A DNA stretch of 64,000 nucleotides, taken from assembly GCA_963727625.1 (NCBI GenBank), contig CAVSHR010000002.1, positions 128,001 to 192,000 of the forward strand, read 5' to 3'. This document shows, in pieces, positions 19,113 to 28,934 of this stretch. Position 1 is the stretch's first letter. Every line of letters begins with the position of its first letter. Under the pieces are notes generated by a model. That model saw only the letters and a list, made by a program, of their open reading frames with translations. It was not told where the DNA came from and did no database searches. The stretch is from an uncultured delta proteobacterium. Lineage in GTDB: Bacteria > Desulfobacterota > Binatia > UBA9968. The position numbers and the translations under genes are program-made.

Positions 19113-19904
19113 ATGGCCGAGCGAGTTTGGGAAAAATTTCTCACGGAACAAGACAAAGCAACGTTGGTCGGCAAAGCCGACCGGCGCGTCGGATTCGGCG
19201 AGCGGCCGGCGCTGTTGTTGATCGATCTTTACCGCTGGGTGTTCGGCGATAAGCCGGAAGCCGTCACCGAAGCGATCAAGACCTGGCCCGGCAGTTGCGG
19301 CCTCGCCGGCTGGAATGCGCTTCCTTATATCCAAAAACTCCTCGCCAAGGCACGCGAGGTCGGCATTCCGATTATCCATGTTACCGGCATGGACGGAGTC
19401 GCGGTCGAGCCCTGGGCATTTCGGCGCGACACCAAAAAGCGCGCGACCATGTCGAAAGCGGAGCTCGATCGCTTTCGCCGCCGCTATGACATCGTCGATG
19501 AAGTGAAGCCCGTTCCGGGAGAGACCGTTTTCAAGAAAGTCTCGCCGAGCGCGTTCTGGGGCACGCCGCTGGTCGGCCATCTCAATTTTCTCGGCGTCGA
19601 TACGATCATCACTTGCGGCGAGAGCACCAGCGGTTGCGTGCGCGCCAGTGTCGTCGACGGCACGACCAATCGTTTGCGCATGGTGGTGGCCGAGGAGTGC
19701 GTGTTTGACCGGCACGAAGCCTGCCATGCGATCAATCTTTTCGACATGAATCAGAAATACGCCGATGTGCTGCCGCTCGATGAAATCATCAAATACCTCG
19801 ACGGTTGGCGCGCCGAGAAAGCCGGGCAGGTCGGTTACGCGAACAATAGTATCGAGTATTTAAAAGATCTCGGTATCGGCGAAGAGTACAAGGGGCTGCG
19901 CTGA
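19113..19904 (+). CDS. Isochorismatase/cysteine hydrolase family (NicF/N-carbamoylsarcosine amidase-like)
   Basis: PALLLID, KKVSPSAFWGT, GESTSGCVRASVVD. Confidence 0.9.
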   Translation: MAERVWEKFLTEQDKATLVGKADRRVGFGERPALLLIDLYRWVFGDKPEAVTEAIKTWPGSCGLAGWNALPYIQKLLAKAREVGIPIIHVTGMDGVAVEPWAFRRDTKKRATMSKAELDRFRRRYDIVDEVKPVPGETVFKKVSPSAFWGTPLVGHLNFLGVDTIITCGESTSGCVRASVVDGTTNRLRMVVAEECVFDRHEACHAINLFDMNQKYADVLPLDEIIKYLDGWRAEKAGQVGYANNSIEYLKDLGIGEEYKGLR

Positions 19905-19999
19905 CGCAGCTTGTTCAAAGTTCAACGTTCAAGCGTTCAAGGTCAGTTGGACCGGCGTCCGTCCTTGAACGTTGAACCTTTGAACCTTGAACGCAAGTT

Positions 20000-21181
20000 T
20001 TAGCCCGACCGATCTCCGGCCGGTTGTCGTCTCAAGCCAAACCAAGCCACTAGAAAGACCGCCGCAGACAACGCCGCCATGGCGTGAAAGCCCAATTCAT
20101 AACCGAACGACTGCACCAGCGTGCCGGCGATCAGCGGTCCTAGGCCGTTGCCGAGCGACGTGGAGGCGCGGGTCAAACCGAGCGCTAGCGCTTTGGCATT
20201 GCCGCCGGCGGATTGTAAGGCAAAAGTCGTGGCGCTCACGTTGGTATAACCGAAACCCATTGTCATGATCGCCAGCGGCAGGACCAGCGTTAAGGCGCCG
20301 GAGGCGTAGGGCTGCAAGAGAAACATCGGCACGCCGATGCCGACGCCGAGCAAGATCACGCGCGGCGCGGTGATGCGGTCGCAGAGCCAGCCGCCGGTGT
20401 ATCGTCCGAAGGTGTCGGTGATGCGCGAGATCGAAACCATCGTGCCGACCCAGTCCAGGCCGAAGCCGCGCTGCTGCACGGCGAGAAACGGAAACGCGAT
20501 CCGAGTCACGCCGACCAACATGACGAACGACTGAAATATCGCCAGCGCGGTGGTGAGAAACCAAGTTTGGCGCAGCAACTGCTTGCCTTCGCTCCACAAC
20601 TGGACGGTGCGCTCCTGGGTGACTTCGCGGGAGCGGTGCGCGCCGGCCAGAAACAACAGAATCAAGCCGGCAACCTGTGGCAATAGGTAGAGGACGAAGA
20701 GAGCTTCCGGTCCGAAGACCTTGCCGACGAAGCCGCCGGTCAGCGGGCCGACCGAAAAACCGATGCCGAGCGCGGCCGCGACCTGGCCTTGGGCGCGGCC
20801 CTGTTGGCCCGGCGCGGACTGTTCGAAGGCGATTTTACGGATCGACAGGGCGAACATCGCCTCGGAGATGCCCAAGAGCGTAAAGGCACCGAGGAACACG
20901 AAGTTAAGCTCGAGAAAAAAATTCGCCAGGAGGCTGATCGCGATCGCGCTTAAGGTGGCCGCGACGATCAGCACGCCGGAGCTGAAATAGGAAGCGAGCA
21001 CGCCCGACATCAGGTCGGAACAAACCCGTCCCATGCCGTTGACGAACAGCGGCACGCTGGCAAACGCGATCGAATAGCCATGGGCCTTCATGAAAAACGG
21101 CGCCAGCATGGCGGCGCCGGAAGAGCCGGCGATTTCGACCACGGCGGCGAGCGAGATGAGCGTCAACGGCGCGAGTTTCAT
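20000..21181 (-). CDS. MFS transporter
   Basis: About 12 TM segments; GWLCDRI; GPLIAG. Confidence 0.85.
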   Translation of the reverse strand: MKLAPLTLISLAAVVEIAGSSGAAMLAPFFMKAHGYSIAFASVPLFVNGMGRVCSDLMSGVLASYFSSGVLIVAATLSAIAISLLANFFLELNFVFLGAFTLLGISEAMFALSIRKIAFEQSAPGQQGRAQGQVAAALGIGFSVGPLTGGFVGKVFGPEALFVLYLLPQVAGLILLFLAGAHRSREVTQERTVQLWSEGKQLLRQTWFLTTALAIFQSFVMLVGVTRIAFPFLAVQQRGFGLDWVGTMVSISRITDTFGRYTGGWLCDRITAPRVILLGVGIGVPMFLLQPYASGALTLVLPLAIMTMGFGYTNVSATTFALQSAGGNAKALALGLTRASTSLGNGLGPLIAGTLVQSFGYELGFHAMAALSAAVFLVAWFGLRRQPAGDRSG

Positions 21182-21296
21182 GGCGCCGGATTATAACAGC
21201 TCGCTTGCGGCGCGCTAGCGCAGGGCGGTACATTTACGCTATGGACAGCACGGAGCGTGCTTGATAGAAGAGCAGCCGTAAGCAAGGAGTCGAGTT

Positions 21297-21614
21297 ATGG
21301 AAATCCCGCAGATTCAAATTCACGACGCCAAGGCTAAACTCGATCAAAAGGAATCCCTGTTCGTCGATATTCGCGATCCCGGCTCGTATCGCGCCGCGCA
21401 TATTCCCGGCGCATTGCACTTACACGACGGCAATGTGCAGGAGTTTTTACAGAACACAGAAAAGAATCAGCCTGTGGTGGTGTATTGCTATCACGGCAAT
21501 AGCAGCATGGGCGCCACCGCGTTTCTAATCGAGAACGGCTTCGAAAACGTCGCCAGCATGAGCGGCGGTTTCGAAGCGTGGCGGCAGATTTATGAGCATG
21601 AACCGGGGGAATAG
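21297..21614 (+). CDS. glpE: Thiosulfate sulfurtransferase (rhodanese)
   Basis: FVDIRD, HIPGA, VYCYHGNSS, SMSGGFEAW. Confidence 0.85.
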   Translation: MEIPQIQIHDAKAKLDQKESLFVDIRDPGSYRAAHIPGALHLHDGNVQEFLQNTEKNQPVVVYCYHGNSSMGATAFLIENGFENVASMSGGFEAWRQIYEHEPGE

Positions 21615-21707
21615 TTTGGAGTTTTGGGTCTAGGGTTTAGGGTATCGAAGTCACTGATCGACGCTGGAAGAGAGTCTCAAAATGGTACCGAGCGAAGGGA
21701 GAAGAGG

Positions 21708-22661
21708 ATGAGCGTTATCCTAGGAAGCGGCGATTACCGCTACGAAGTGATCGAAAACTGGGGCAACCTGCCCCCTGACTGGAACTTTCATGAGGTCGCC
21801 GCGGTGGCGGTGGATCCGAAGGATCAGGTTTACTGCTTCACCCGCGGCAAGCATCCGGTGATCGTCTTCGATAAGGACGGCAATTTTTTGCGCTCCTGGG
21901 GCGACGGCGTATTCAAGCGGGCGCATGGCGCGACCATCGGCGCCGACGAGACGATTTTTCTCACCGACGACGGCGACCACACGGTGCGCAAGTGCACGCT
22001 GGACGGCAAGGTTGTGATGACCCTCGGGATTCCGGGAAAACCGTCGACCTATCAGGGCGGCGAGCCGTTCAACCGCTGCACGCATGTGGCTTTCTCACCG
22101 CGCGGCGATATTTACGTTTCCGACGGCTACGGTAATTCACGCGTGCACAAATATTCGCCGGACGGAAAGTTGCTCCTGTCATGGGGCGAGTCGGGCTCCG
22201 ATCCCGGGCAGTTCAACATCGTGCATAACATCGTGGCCGACAAGGATGGTTGGGTCTACGTCGCCGACCGGGAAAACAACCGGGTGCAGGTTTTCGATGG
22301 CAACGGCAAATACGAAACCCAATGGAACAATATGCACCGCCCCTGCGCGCTTTACATGGACACGACGAAGAAAGAGCCGATCTGTTTTGTCGGCGAGCTC
22401 GGACCGGGGCTCGGCGTCAACAAAGAGGCCCCCAACTTGGGCAACCGCGTCGATATTTACGACAAGACCGGCAAGCGCTTGGCGCGGCTGGGCGATATTC
22501 ACGCCGGAGAAAAACCGGGGCAATTCATCGCACCGCATGGCTTGGCCATCGATTCCCACGGCGATATCTACGTCGGCGAAGTATCGTGGACAATCATGGG
22601 ACAGCATCTCAAGCCGCCGCGCGAGCTGCGCAGTTTGCAGAAATTGAAAAAGCTCGCATAG
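21708..22661 (+). CDS. NHL-repeat beta-propeller (peptidyl-alpha-hydroxyglycine amidating lyase family)
   Basis: IYVSDGYGNSRV, VYVADRENNRVQVFD, PHGLAID repeats. Confidence 0.85.
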   Translation: MSVILGSGDYRYEVIENWGNLPPDWNFHEVAAVAVDPKDQVYCFTRGKHPVIVFDKDGNFLRSWGDGVFKRAHGATIGADETIFLTDDGDHTVRKCTLDGKVVMTLGIPGKPSTYQGGEPFNRCTHVAFSPRGDIYVSDGYGNSRVHKYSPDGKLLLSWGESGSDPGQFNIVHNIVADKDGWVYVADRENNRVQVFDGNGKYETQWNNMHRPCALYMDTTKKEPICFVGELGPGLGVNKEAPNLGNRVDIYDKTGKRLARLGDIHAGEKPGQFIAPHGLAIDSHGDIYVGEVSWTIMGQHLKPPRELRSLQKLKKLA

Positions 22662-22773
22662 CTCCCTTCATTTCGTTCAATGTTCAAGGTTCACAGTCTC
22701 CGCTCCCAGCCTTGAACTTTTGAACCTGGAACCTTGAACCGGACGGAGGCACAGAGGACAAGGAGGTTCATGT

Positions 22774-23586
22774 ATGCAAAGCAATGTCACTCAGCAGCGC
22801 GTGCCGATCCACGGCGATCCCGGCCAGTGGATCCACGTCAGCGAAAGCCCGCGCCATGTGCGGGTGTATTTCGGTGGCGAGACGATTGCGGACAGCAAGC
22901 ATGCCAAACTGGTGCGCGAGTCGGACGTTTTGCCGGCCTACTATTTCCCCAAAGAGGACGTGCGCACTGATTTTTTCGTGCCGAGCGCGCGTAGAACCCA
23001 GTGCCTGCTCAAAGGCGAAGCGTCCTATTGGTCGATTCGCAGCGGCGGTAAGTCGGCCGAGAATGCGGCTTGGAGTTATTTAAACCCGTCGCCCGCAGCG
23101 AGTGCGATCAAGGATCACTTCGCTTTCGACTGGCCCAAAATGGACAAGTGGATGGAGGAAGACGAGGAGCTTTACAAGCATGCGCGCGATCCGTTTAAGC
23201 GCGTCGATGCGCTGCCGAGCAGGCGCCACGTGCGCGTAGTCATCGACGGACAGACAATCGCCGACAGCCACCGGCCCCATCTCGTCTTCGAGACCAACCA
23301 TCCAGTGCGCTATTACCTCCCGCCGGAAGACGTACGCATGGACATGCTGGTGCCGAGCGCGACCGCATCGCGTTGCCCTTATAAGGGTGCGGCGTCCTAT
23401 TGGTCGGTAAAGACCGGCAACGAAACTTTCGGCGATTTGGTTTGGGGTTACATGGACCCGATTCCGGAGATTCCCAAGATCAAAGGGCTATTCTGTTTCT
23501 GGCAAGAGCGCGGTTGCGACATCTACGTCGACGGCGAGTTAGTGCCGCCGCCGAGAACCAAGTGGGCGAGCGCGCTGAAAAGTTAA
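22774..23586 (+). CDS. DUF427 tandem-domain protein
   Basis: Two repeats with YYFP/YYLP and C(L/P)xKGxASYW; HARDPFKRVD linker. Confidence 0.85.
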   Translation: MQSNVTQQRVPIHGDPGQWIHVSESPRHVRVYFGGETIADSKHAKLVRESDVLPAYYFPKEDVRTDFFVPSARRTQCLLKGEASYWSIRSGGKSAENAAWSYLNPSPAASAIKDHFAFDWPKMDKWMEEDEELYKHARDPFKRVDALPSRRHVRVVIDGQTIADSHRPHLVFETNHPVRYYLPPEDVRMDMLVPSATASRCPYKGAASYWSVKTGNETFGDLVWGYMDPIPEIPKIKGLFCFWQERGCDIYVDGELVPPPRTKWASALKS

Positions 23587-23602
23587 TTTGCTGCAGGAAT
23601 CC

Positions 23603-24556
23603 ATGCGCGCGCTTTTCTGGAGCGGCAGCGAGTTAAGCTTCGAAACCGCCTATCGCTCGCCGGTTGCGAGCGAGCAATCCGTGCTGGTCAAAGTTCATCT
23701 CGCCGGCATCTGCTCCACCGATTTGCAAATTCTCAAAGGCTACATGGGTTTCCAAGGCGTGCCCGGCCATGAATTCGTCGGCCGCGTCAGCGAAGGACCG
23801 GAGGGTTTCGTCGGCAAGCGCGTGGTCGGCGAGATCAATTTCGGCTGCGGGCGCTGCGAGGCCTGCCGGCGCGATCTCAGCCGACATTGTCCGAACCGGA
23901 GCGTGATGGGGATCTTGAACGCCGACGGCGCATTCGCCGAAGTCGTTTCGGTGCCGGTTGCTAATCTTCACTTGGTTCCGGATGATGTCAGCGACGACGA
24001 AGCGGTATTCACCGAGCCATTAGCGGCGGCCTTCGAGATTCTCACCCAGATCCAAGTGAATCCCGGCGACGAGATTCTCGTCCTGGGCGACGGCAAGCTC
24101 GGCAATTTATGCGCCCAGACGTTGCGCTTGACCGGTGCCAAAATTACCGCGCTCGGCAAGCACGCCGACAAACTCGCACTGATCAAGAAAACCGGCGTTC
24201 GGACAGTTCAACTTAATGACTGGCAACCGCGGCTGTTTGACGTCGTCGTCGAAGCGACCGGCTCGGCTTCCGGTCTTGAGCTGGCGCTTGGCGCCGTGCG
24301 GCCGCGCGGCACGCTGGTACTCAAGAGCACCATCGCCGGCAAGCATCAAGTTTCGCTGGCGCCCATCGTGATCAACGAGATCAACGTGATCGGCTCGCGC
24401 TGCGGGCCATTTCCTGACGCGCTGGAGGCGCTGGCCGCGCGGCAGATTTCAGTCGAGCCGCTGATCGACCAAGTCTATCCACTCAACGAGGGCGTCGCGG
24501 CGCTGAATCACGCCGCGCGGCCGGGGGCACGGAAAATTTTGCTCCGGCCTGCGTAA
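23603..24556 (+). CDS. Zinc-dependent alcohol dehydrogenase (MDR) family
   Basis: GICSTD, GHEFVG, CGRCEAC...C, GDGKLG. Confidence 0.9.
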   Translation: MRALFWSGSELSFETAYRSPVASEQSVLVKVHLAGICSTDLQILKGYMGFQGVPGHEFVGRVSEGPEGFVGKRVVGEINFGCGRCEACRRDLSRHCPNRSVMGILNADGAFAEVVSVPVANLHLVPDDVSDDEAVFTEPLAAAFEILTQIQVNPGDEILVLGDGKLGNLCAQTLRLTGAKITALGKHADKLALIKKTGVRTVQLNDWQPRLFDVVVEATGSASGLELALGAVRPRGTLVLKSTIAGKHQVSLAPIVINEINVIGSRCGPFPDALEALAARQISVEPLIDQVYPLNEGVAALNHAARPGARKILLRPA

Positions 24557-24559
24557 TCT

Positions 24560-24583
24560 GGGCGCGATGAATCGCGTCCCTAC
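24560..24583 (-). repeat. REP-like palindrome with GTAG foot between convergent genes
   Basis: Minus strand GTAGGGACGCGATTCATCGCGCCC. Confidence 0.6.
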
Positions 24584-24584
24584 G

Positions 24585-25184
24585 TTAGAACGACGATCCG
24601 GGTTCTGAAAGAAAAGCCGACTCCTCGATTGTCGATTCCCGGCCGAGAATCTTATTGCGGTGCGGGAAGCGGCCGAAGCGCGCGATTACGTCGCGATGGC
24701 GCCGGGCGAAATCCAGATATTCACCAAAAATGCTTTGCTGCTCCAGCGGCACGGCGGCGAACAGTTCTTCAAAGCAGCGGACCGACCGTTCTTGCTGCGC
24801 CGGCGATTCCGCATGCTCGAGCGGTAGATAGAAAAACACTCTTTTGATCGGCCGCAGTCGCAGATCGAGCCGCTGTTCGAGGCCGTCGAGGCACCAAGCC
24901 AAAGCCTTGGCATCGCAGGCGAATGCCTGCGGTGTATCGCGGTAAATGTTGCGCGGGAATTGATCGGTGAGAATAATCAACGCCAAGCGCCCGCGCGGCG
25001 TATCTGCCCAATCATCCAATTGCCCTTGCGCCGCGGCGCGCAACAGGTCTTCGAAACGCCAACGAATCTCACGGTCGATCTCAACGTTTTTGGACCACCA
25101 GAGTTTGGCCTGCGCTTTGCCGACGGCTGCGTCGTCGGCATCGGTGCCGAACCAAAATCGAAGAATGCTCCCGACATCCGTCAT
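24585..25184 (-). CDS. DUF924 family protein
   Basis: ILRFWF, LALIILTDQFPRNIYR, FFYLPLEHAE, FGRFPHRN. Confidence 0.9.
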   Translation of the reverse strand: MTDVGSILRFWFGTDADDAAVGKAQAKLWWSKNVEIDREIRWRFEDLLRAAAQGQLDDWADTPRGRLALIILTDQFPRNIYRDTPQAFACDAKALAWCLDGLEQRLDLRLRPIKRVFFYLPLEHAESPAQQERSVRCFEELFAAVPLEQQSIFGEYLDFARRHRDVIARFGRFPHRNKILGRESTIEESAFLSEPGSSF

Positions 25185-25193
25185 TGATCCCGC

Positions 25194-26048
25194 TTAGCGC
25201 AATGGTAATTTTGCGCTTAAGAGCGACTCGACAAATTCTTTTGCCTTGGTCAAGTCGTAGCCGTAAAGCCGGCGCGCCAGCGTCACGGCGCCGATCATGT
25301 CGCCCGACTGCGCCAGCTCCAGTAGCTGGGTTTCCTGCTCTTTGCGGCTCAACCCGTCAAGATCCATAAAATTGACCGAACTCGTGACCGAAGGTTGAAC
25401 CAGAGTATGGCGGGTGAGAAATTCCATCAATTTTTCCGCGCTCGGCACTACGCCCCATTCGATTCTCAGGAGATCGGCGGAACCGAGCTGAACCGGCAGA
25501 TGTTGGTAACGGGTGGAAATGCGGCTAGCGGAATGATTCAACCTGCCGAAGGCCAGCTTGGCTTCAGCCGCCAGTACGACGGCGAGCTGGCGCGTCTGGG
25601 CGTCGAGCTCCAGCTCGACGATGCGACGCAGGCTGAGCGTCGAGCTGCGCCGGTTGCGGTCTCGGTCGGGAAGCTCGCGGTGCTGCTGCACCAGCTTTGC
25701 CGCGCGGATCTCCGAGTAGGGGATAAAAACAACCGTTGGATCTTGGTCGGGAAAATGATCGTTCAAATAGGAGCGAAATTTTATGAACAGTCCATCGTCG
25801 GTCATGCGCACCAGCCAATTGGTCGGGCGAAAGCGAGCGAGGAGAAGTTTTTGAAAGATCAGAAGAAGAACGGCCAGCACTGCCGCGACGTAGTAGGCGA
25901 TCCAGGCGTGATTCGTCCGGCCAAAAATGATCAAGCCGATGGCGACGGCGGCGAGGGCGAGGAACGCAAACAGGGCACGCCCGCGTGAGTAGCGGAAGAC
26001 GATGTCGCGATCGTTTTGCGGCACCGCGGCCGCAGTCATGAATTCCAT
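25194..26048 (-). CDS. Hypothetical membrane protein with C-terminal L7/L12-CTD-like motif
   Basis: Two TM helices; C-terminus GDMIGAVTLARRLYGYDLTKAKEFVE. Confidence 0.55.
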   Translation of the reverse strand: MEFMTAAAVPQNDRDIVFRYSRGRALFAFLALAAVAIGLIIFGRTNHAWIAYYVAAVLAVLLLIFQKLLLARFRPTNWLVRMTDDGLFIKFRSYLNDHFPDQDPTVVFIPYSEIRAAKLVQQHRELPDRDRNRRSSTLSLRRIVELELDAQTRQLAVVLAAEAKLAFGRLNHSASRISTRYQHLPVQLGSADLLRIEWGVVPSAEKLMEFLTRHTLVQPSVTSSVNFMDLDGLSRKEQETQLLELAQSGDMIGAVTLARRLYGYDLTKAKEFVESLLSAKLPLR

Positions 26049-26103
26049 AGCATTTTTTAGTCGACGTCTTAACGCCGCGACACCGGCGGAATGAGAGAGT
26101 TGT

Positions 26104-26856
26104 TTAAACGTCGCGGAGCAGCGGACCCAGCCGTTGAAAAAACTCGCCGATGGCGCCGTTATGCACGAAATCGGCAAGCTCGTCGAGCGGCGTCGGGTCG
26201 CGATTGACGATGGCGAGGAGCGCGCCGCTCCGTTTGGCGATGACCGGAAAAGATGCCGCCGGCTGAACTTGCAGCGAGGAGCCGATGACGATGAAAATTT
26301 CGCATTGTTCGCTCCAGACCTGCGCGCGCTGCATCGCCGCAACCGGCATCGACTGGCCGAAGGAAACGTTGGCCGATTTTAAAAATCCGCCGCAATCGGT
26401 ACAAGTCGGCGTCGGCAAACCCTCGTGCCATGCTTCATAAACATCGGCAGGTTGGTACTGCTTGCCGCAATTGAGGCACGTGACCAGACGATCGGAGCCG
26501 TGCAGCTCGACCAGCTTTTCTTCCGATGTGCCGGCGAGCTTGTGCAAGCCGTCGATGTTCTGGGTGATCAGGCCGAGCAACTGGCCGCGCTTTTCAAAGT
26601 CGCCGAGCGCGTAGTGGGCCAAGTTGGGCTTGACGGTCTTGAACAGTTCGTAGGTCGCTTTCTTGAGCTGCCAGTGCTGCACCCGGGCCGGTTCCCTGGC
26701 GAGAAAATCTTGGAACAGCACGGGCCGGTACTTGGTCCAGACTCCGCCCGGGCTGCGAAAATCCGGCACGCCGGATTCCGTGCTGATGCCGGCCCCGGTG
26801 AAGAAGACGATGGATATGGAACTTTTTAATCGACGGGCAAAGTCTTCCAGGTTCAT
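26104..26856 (-). CDS. cobB: NAD-dependent protein deacylase (Sir2 family)
   Basis: TGAGISTESGVPDFR, ITQNIDGLH, ELHGS, two CxxC, GSSLQVQPAA. Confidence 0.9.
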   Translation of the reverse strand: MNLEDFARRLKSSISIVFFTGAGISTESGVPDFRSPGGVWTKYRPVLFQDFLAREPARVQHWQLKKATYELFKTVKPNLAHYALGDFEKRGQLLGLITQNIDGLHKLAGTSEEKLVELHGSDRLVTCLNCGKQYQPADVYEAWHEGLPTPTCTDCGGFLKSANVSFGQSMPVAAMQRAQVWSEQCEIFIVIGSSLQVQPAASFPVIAKRSGALLAIVNRDPTPLDELADFVHNGAIGEFFQRLGPLLRDV

Positions 26857-26875
26857 TTGCGTAACTTGGGTTAAT

Positions 26876-28069
26876 TCATTTCGGGGATTCCGATTGTGAA
26901 GACTGTGGTGGATCGATATCTAAGACTTTAATATCGAACACGAGCGTTTTTCCCGCCATCGGATGGTTCAAGTCCACGAGTACAGTGTTTTCCTTAATCT
27001 GACGAACGGTCATAGGGACGACCGTCCCAGTCGGACTGCGCGCACTTAGCACTGCGCCGACTCTGAGTGCGCTCGCGGGAATTTTCTCTTTAGGAATCTC
27101 TTCGACGGCATTTGGTTTAATTGGGCCGTAAGCGTCTTCTGGTCTGACAATGACATGTTTTTCATCACCGATTTTCATCCCAGTCAGTGCTTTCTCTAGT
27201 CCCGGGATCATTTTTTTTTGGCCATGAATATATCTGAGCGCTTCTTTGCCAATGTTACTTTCAATTAATCTTCCATCTGTTTCGGTTAGCTTGTACTGAA
27301 TAGCGACTAACACACCATCCTTAATCACCCTGTCTTTTACACCTGGGCGGGTAAGGTCGGCGATAATTGTTCTCTGTTTTAACGACGAGGTTACGGTAGC
27401 GAGTGACCTTAGCGGAGTCGTGCCCATAAGCAACACTTGTAGGTAGTTTGATGGGATTGCAAAGTTTAAGTTCTGACCCCCTTGAAAGGTCGCGAACGCA
27501 ACACCAATAACATCACCCTTTTGATTTAACACCGGTCCACCGCTGCTTCCCGAAGAGATGGGGGCAGTAATTTGCAGTACTTTTCCAGTCCGTAATTCTC
27601 TTACCGCACTAATTACGCCTGTGGAGAACGTGGCTTCTAGGCCTTTTGGATTTCCAATTGCGTAAACTGTGTCACCAACCTGAACATCGTTACTGTTACC
27701 CAGAATGAGCGGCCTAGTAGCTGACATGGACGGGATCTTTAGTACCACTAGATCATTGTCGAGGTCCATTCCCGTGATACCAGCGATCTGAAATTTGCTA
27801 GGGTTGTTGGCGAATCTTGCATAACCTTGGGTCGCGCCTTCGACCACATGAGCGTTCGTTGCAACTTCTCCATCACGCACAAAGAACCCCGTTCCAAGAG
27901 ATACGTCTCTTCCGCGGTTGTTTTGCATCACCAAAAGAACCGTTGCCCCAACTCCTTTTTTTGCAATTGCCTGAGTGGTCTGAGCGACAGCATTGTCAGG
28001 TAGTATCGGGACCATGAGCACGTAAGAACTCAAAACGAAACATGCCCACCATGAGCTTACTGCAAACAT
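26876..28069 (-). CDS. Trypsin-like (S1C) serine protease fused to SlyD-type FKBP domain
   Basis: GTGFFV, TNAHVV, DLVVLK, GNPKGL, ISSGSSGGP; C-terminal MIPGLEKAL...DLNHPMAGKTLVF; A+T-richer than neighbours. Confidence 0.85.
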   Translation of the reverse strand: MFAVSSWWACFVLSSYVLMVPILPDNAVAQTTQAIAKKGVGATVLLVMQNNRGRDVSLGTGFFVRDGEVATNAHVVEGATQGYARFANNPSKFQIAGITGMDLDNDLVVLKIPSMSATRPLILGNSNDVQVGDTVYAIGNPKGLEATFSTGVISAVRELRTGKVLQITAPISSGSSGGPVLNQKGDVIGVAFATFQGGQNLNFAIPSNYLQVLLMGTTPLRSLATVTSSLKQRTIIADLTRPGVKDRVIKDGVLVAIQYKLTETDGRLIESNIGKEALRYIHGQKKMIPGLEKALTGMKIGDEKHVIVRPEDAYGPIKPNAVEEIPKEKIPASALRVGAVLSARSPTGTVVPMTVRQIKENTVLVDLNHPMAGKTLVFDIKVLDIDPPQSSQSESPK

Positions 28070-28095
28070 AAGTCTTTCCTCATGTTTGAGGTAAA

Positions 28096-28716
28096 TTATT
28101 TTTTTGCTGGCTCGGCTGGCTTCGCCGTAGCTGGAGGCGCGACAGGTTTGGCGGCTGCGCTAGGGCTGGCTGGTGGGGCCTGAGATGGTGCGGAAGCCGG
28201 TTGGATGTCGACCATTTTGACGTCGAAAACCAACGTCTTCCCGGCCATCGGGTGGTTCAAATCCATGACGACGGTTTTTTCCTTGATCTCACGGACCGTC
28301 ATGGGCACGACCATCCCCTCGGGACTGCGAGCCGCCAATACGGCGCCGACTTTGAGCGCGTTCGCAGGGATTTTTTCCTTGGGAACTTCCTGTACCGCTT
28401 TCGGGTCGATCTTGCCGTAAGCGTCCTCGGGCTTGACCGTGACATGTTTTTCGCCGCCGACTTTCATGCCGGTGAGTTCTCTTTCCAAACCCGGGATCAT
28501 CATCCTTTGGCCGTGGGTATATTTGAGCGGCTCTTTGCCCTTGCTGGTTTCGATCACCTTGCCGTCCGGGCTCTTGAGCGTGTACTCCAAGCTGACCATC
28601 ATGCCGTCTTTGACAACGCGGTCGTTTTTGGCTTTGTCCGCGGTCGCGGGGAATGCCGGTGTGCTGAAAATGCTTAGCGCTACGAGCGCGAACAGCCACA
28701 ACGATTGAGTACGCAT
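28096..28716 (-). CDS. FKBP-type peptidyl-prolyl isomerase (SlyD-like, exported)
   Basis: Signal peptide; IPGLE, PEDAYG, DLNHPMAGKTLVF; Pro/Ala-rich tail. Confidence 0.9.
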   Translation of the reverse strand: MRTQSLWLFALVALSIFSTPAFPATADKAKNDRVVKDGMMVSLEYTLKSPDGKVIETSKGKEPLKYTHGQRMMIPGLERELTGMKVGGEKHVTVKPEDAYGKIDPKAVQEVPKEKIPANALKVGAVLAARSPEGMVVPMTVREIKEKTVVMDLNHPMAGKTLVFDVKMVDIQPASAPSQAPPASPSAAAKPVAPPATAKPAEPAKK

Positions 28717-28934
28717 TGATACCTCACCCAGATTGATTGGCCGCGGCAGCGCGGTTGAGACAGATTAGCACCGGCGGTGCAGAACTCAACAAAGCCGGAA
28801 GGCCTGGAGCAGACGATATGCGGTGATCAAGGCCGGCCTTAGCGGCGCTTGTACTCGGCACGATAACCGTTAGAACGGTGGTGAATTATCGGTTGTCGTT
28901 CCCGTCGATCGCTAGAAATCCGCGACGGAGCCCG

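Noticed and set aside
26104-26856. Sir2 gene as a defence NADase (ThsA/DSR-like) partnering the TIR genes
   Set aside because: Canonical CobB-type deacylase with Zn-binding CxxC pairs, host-like composition, 7 kb from the TIR patch
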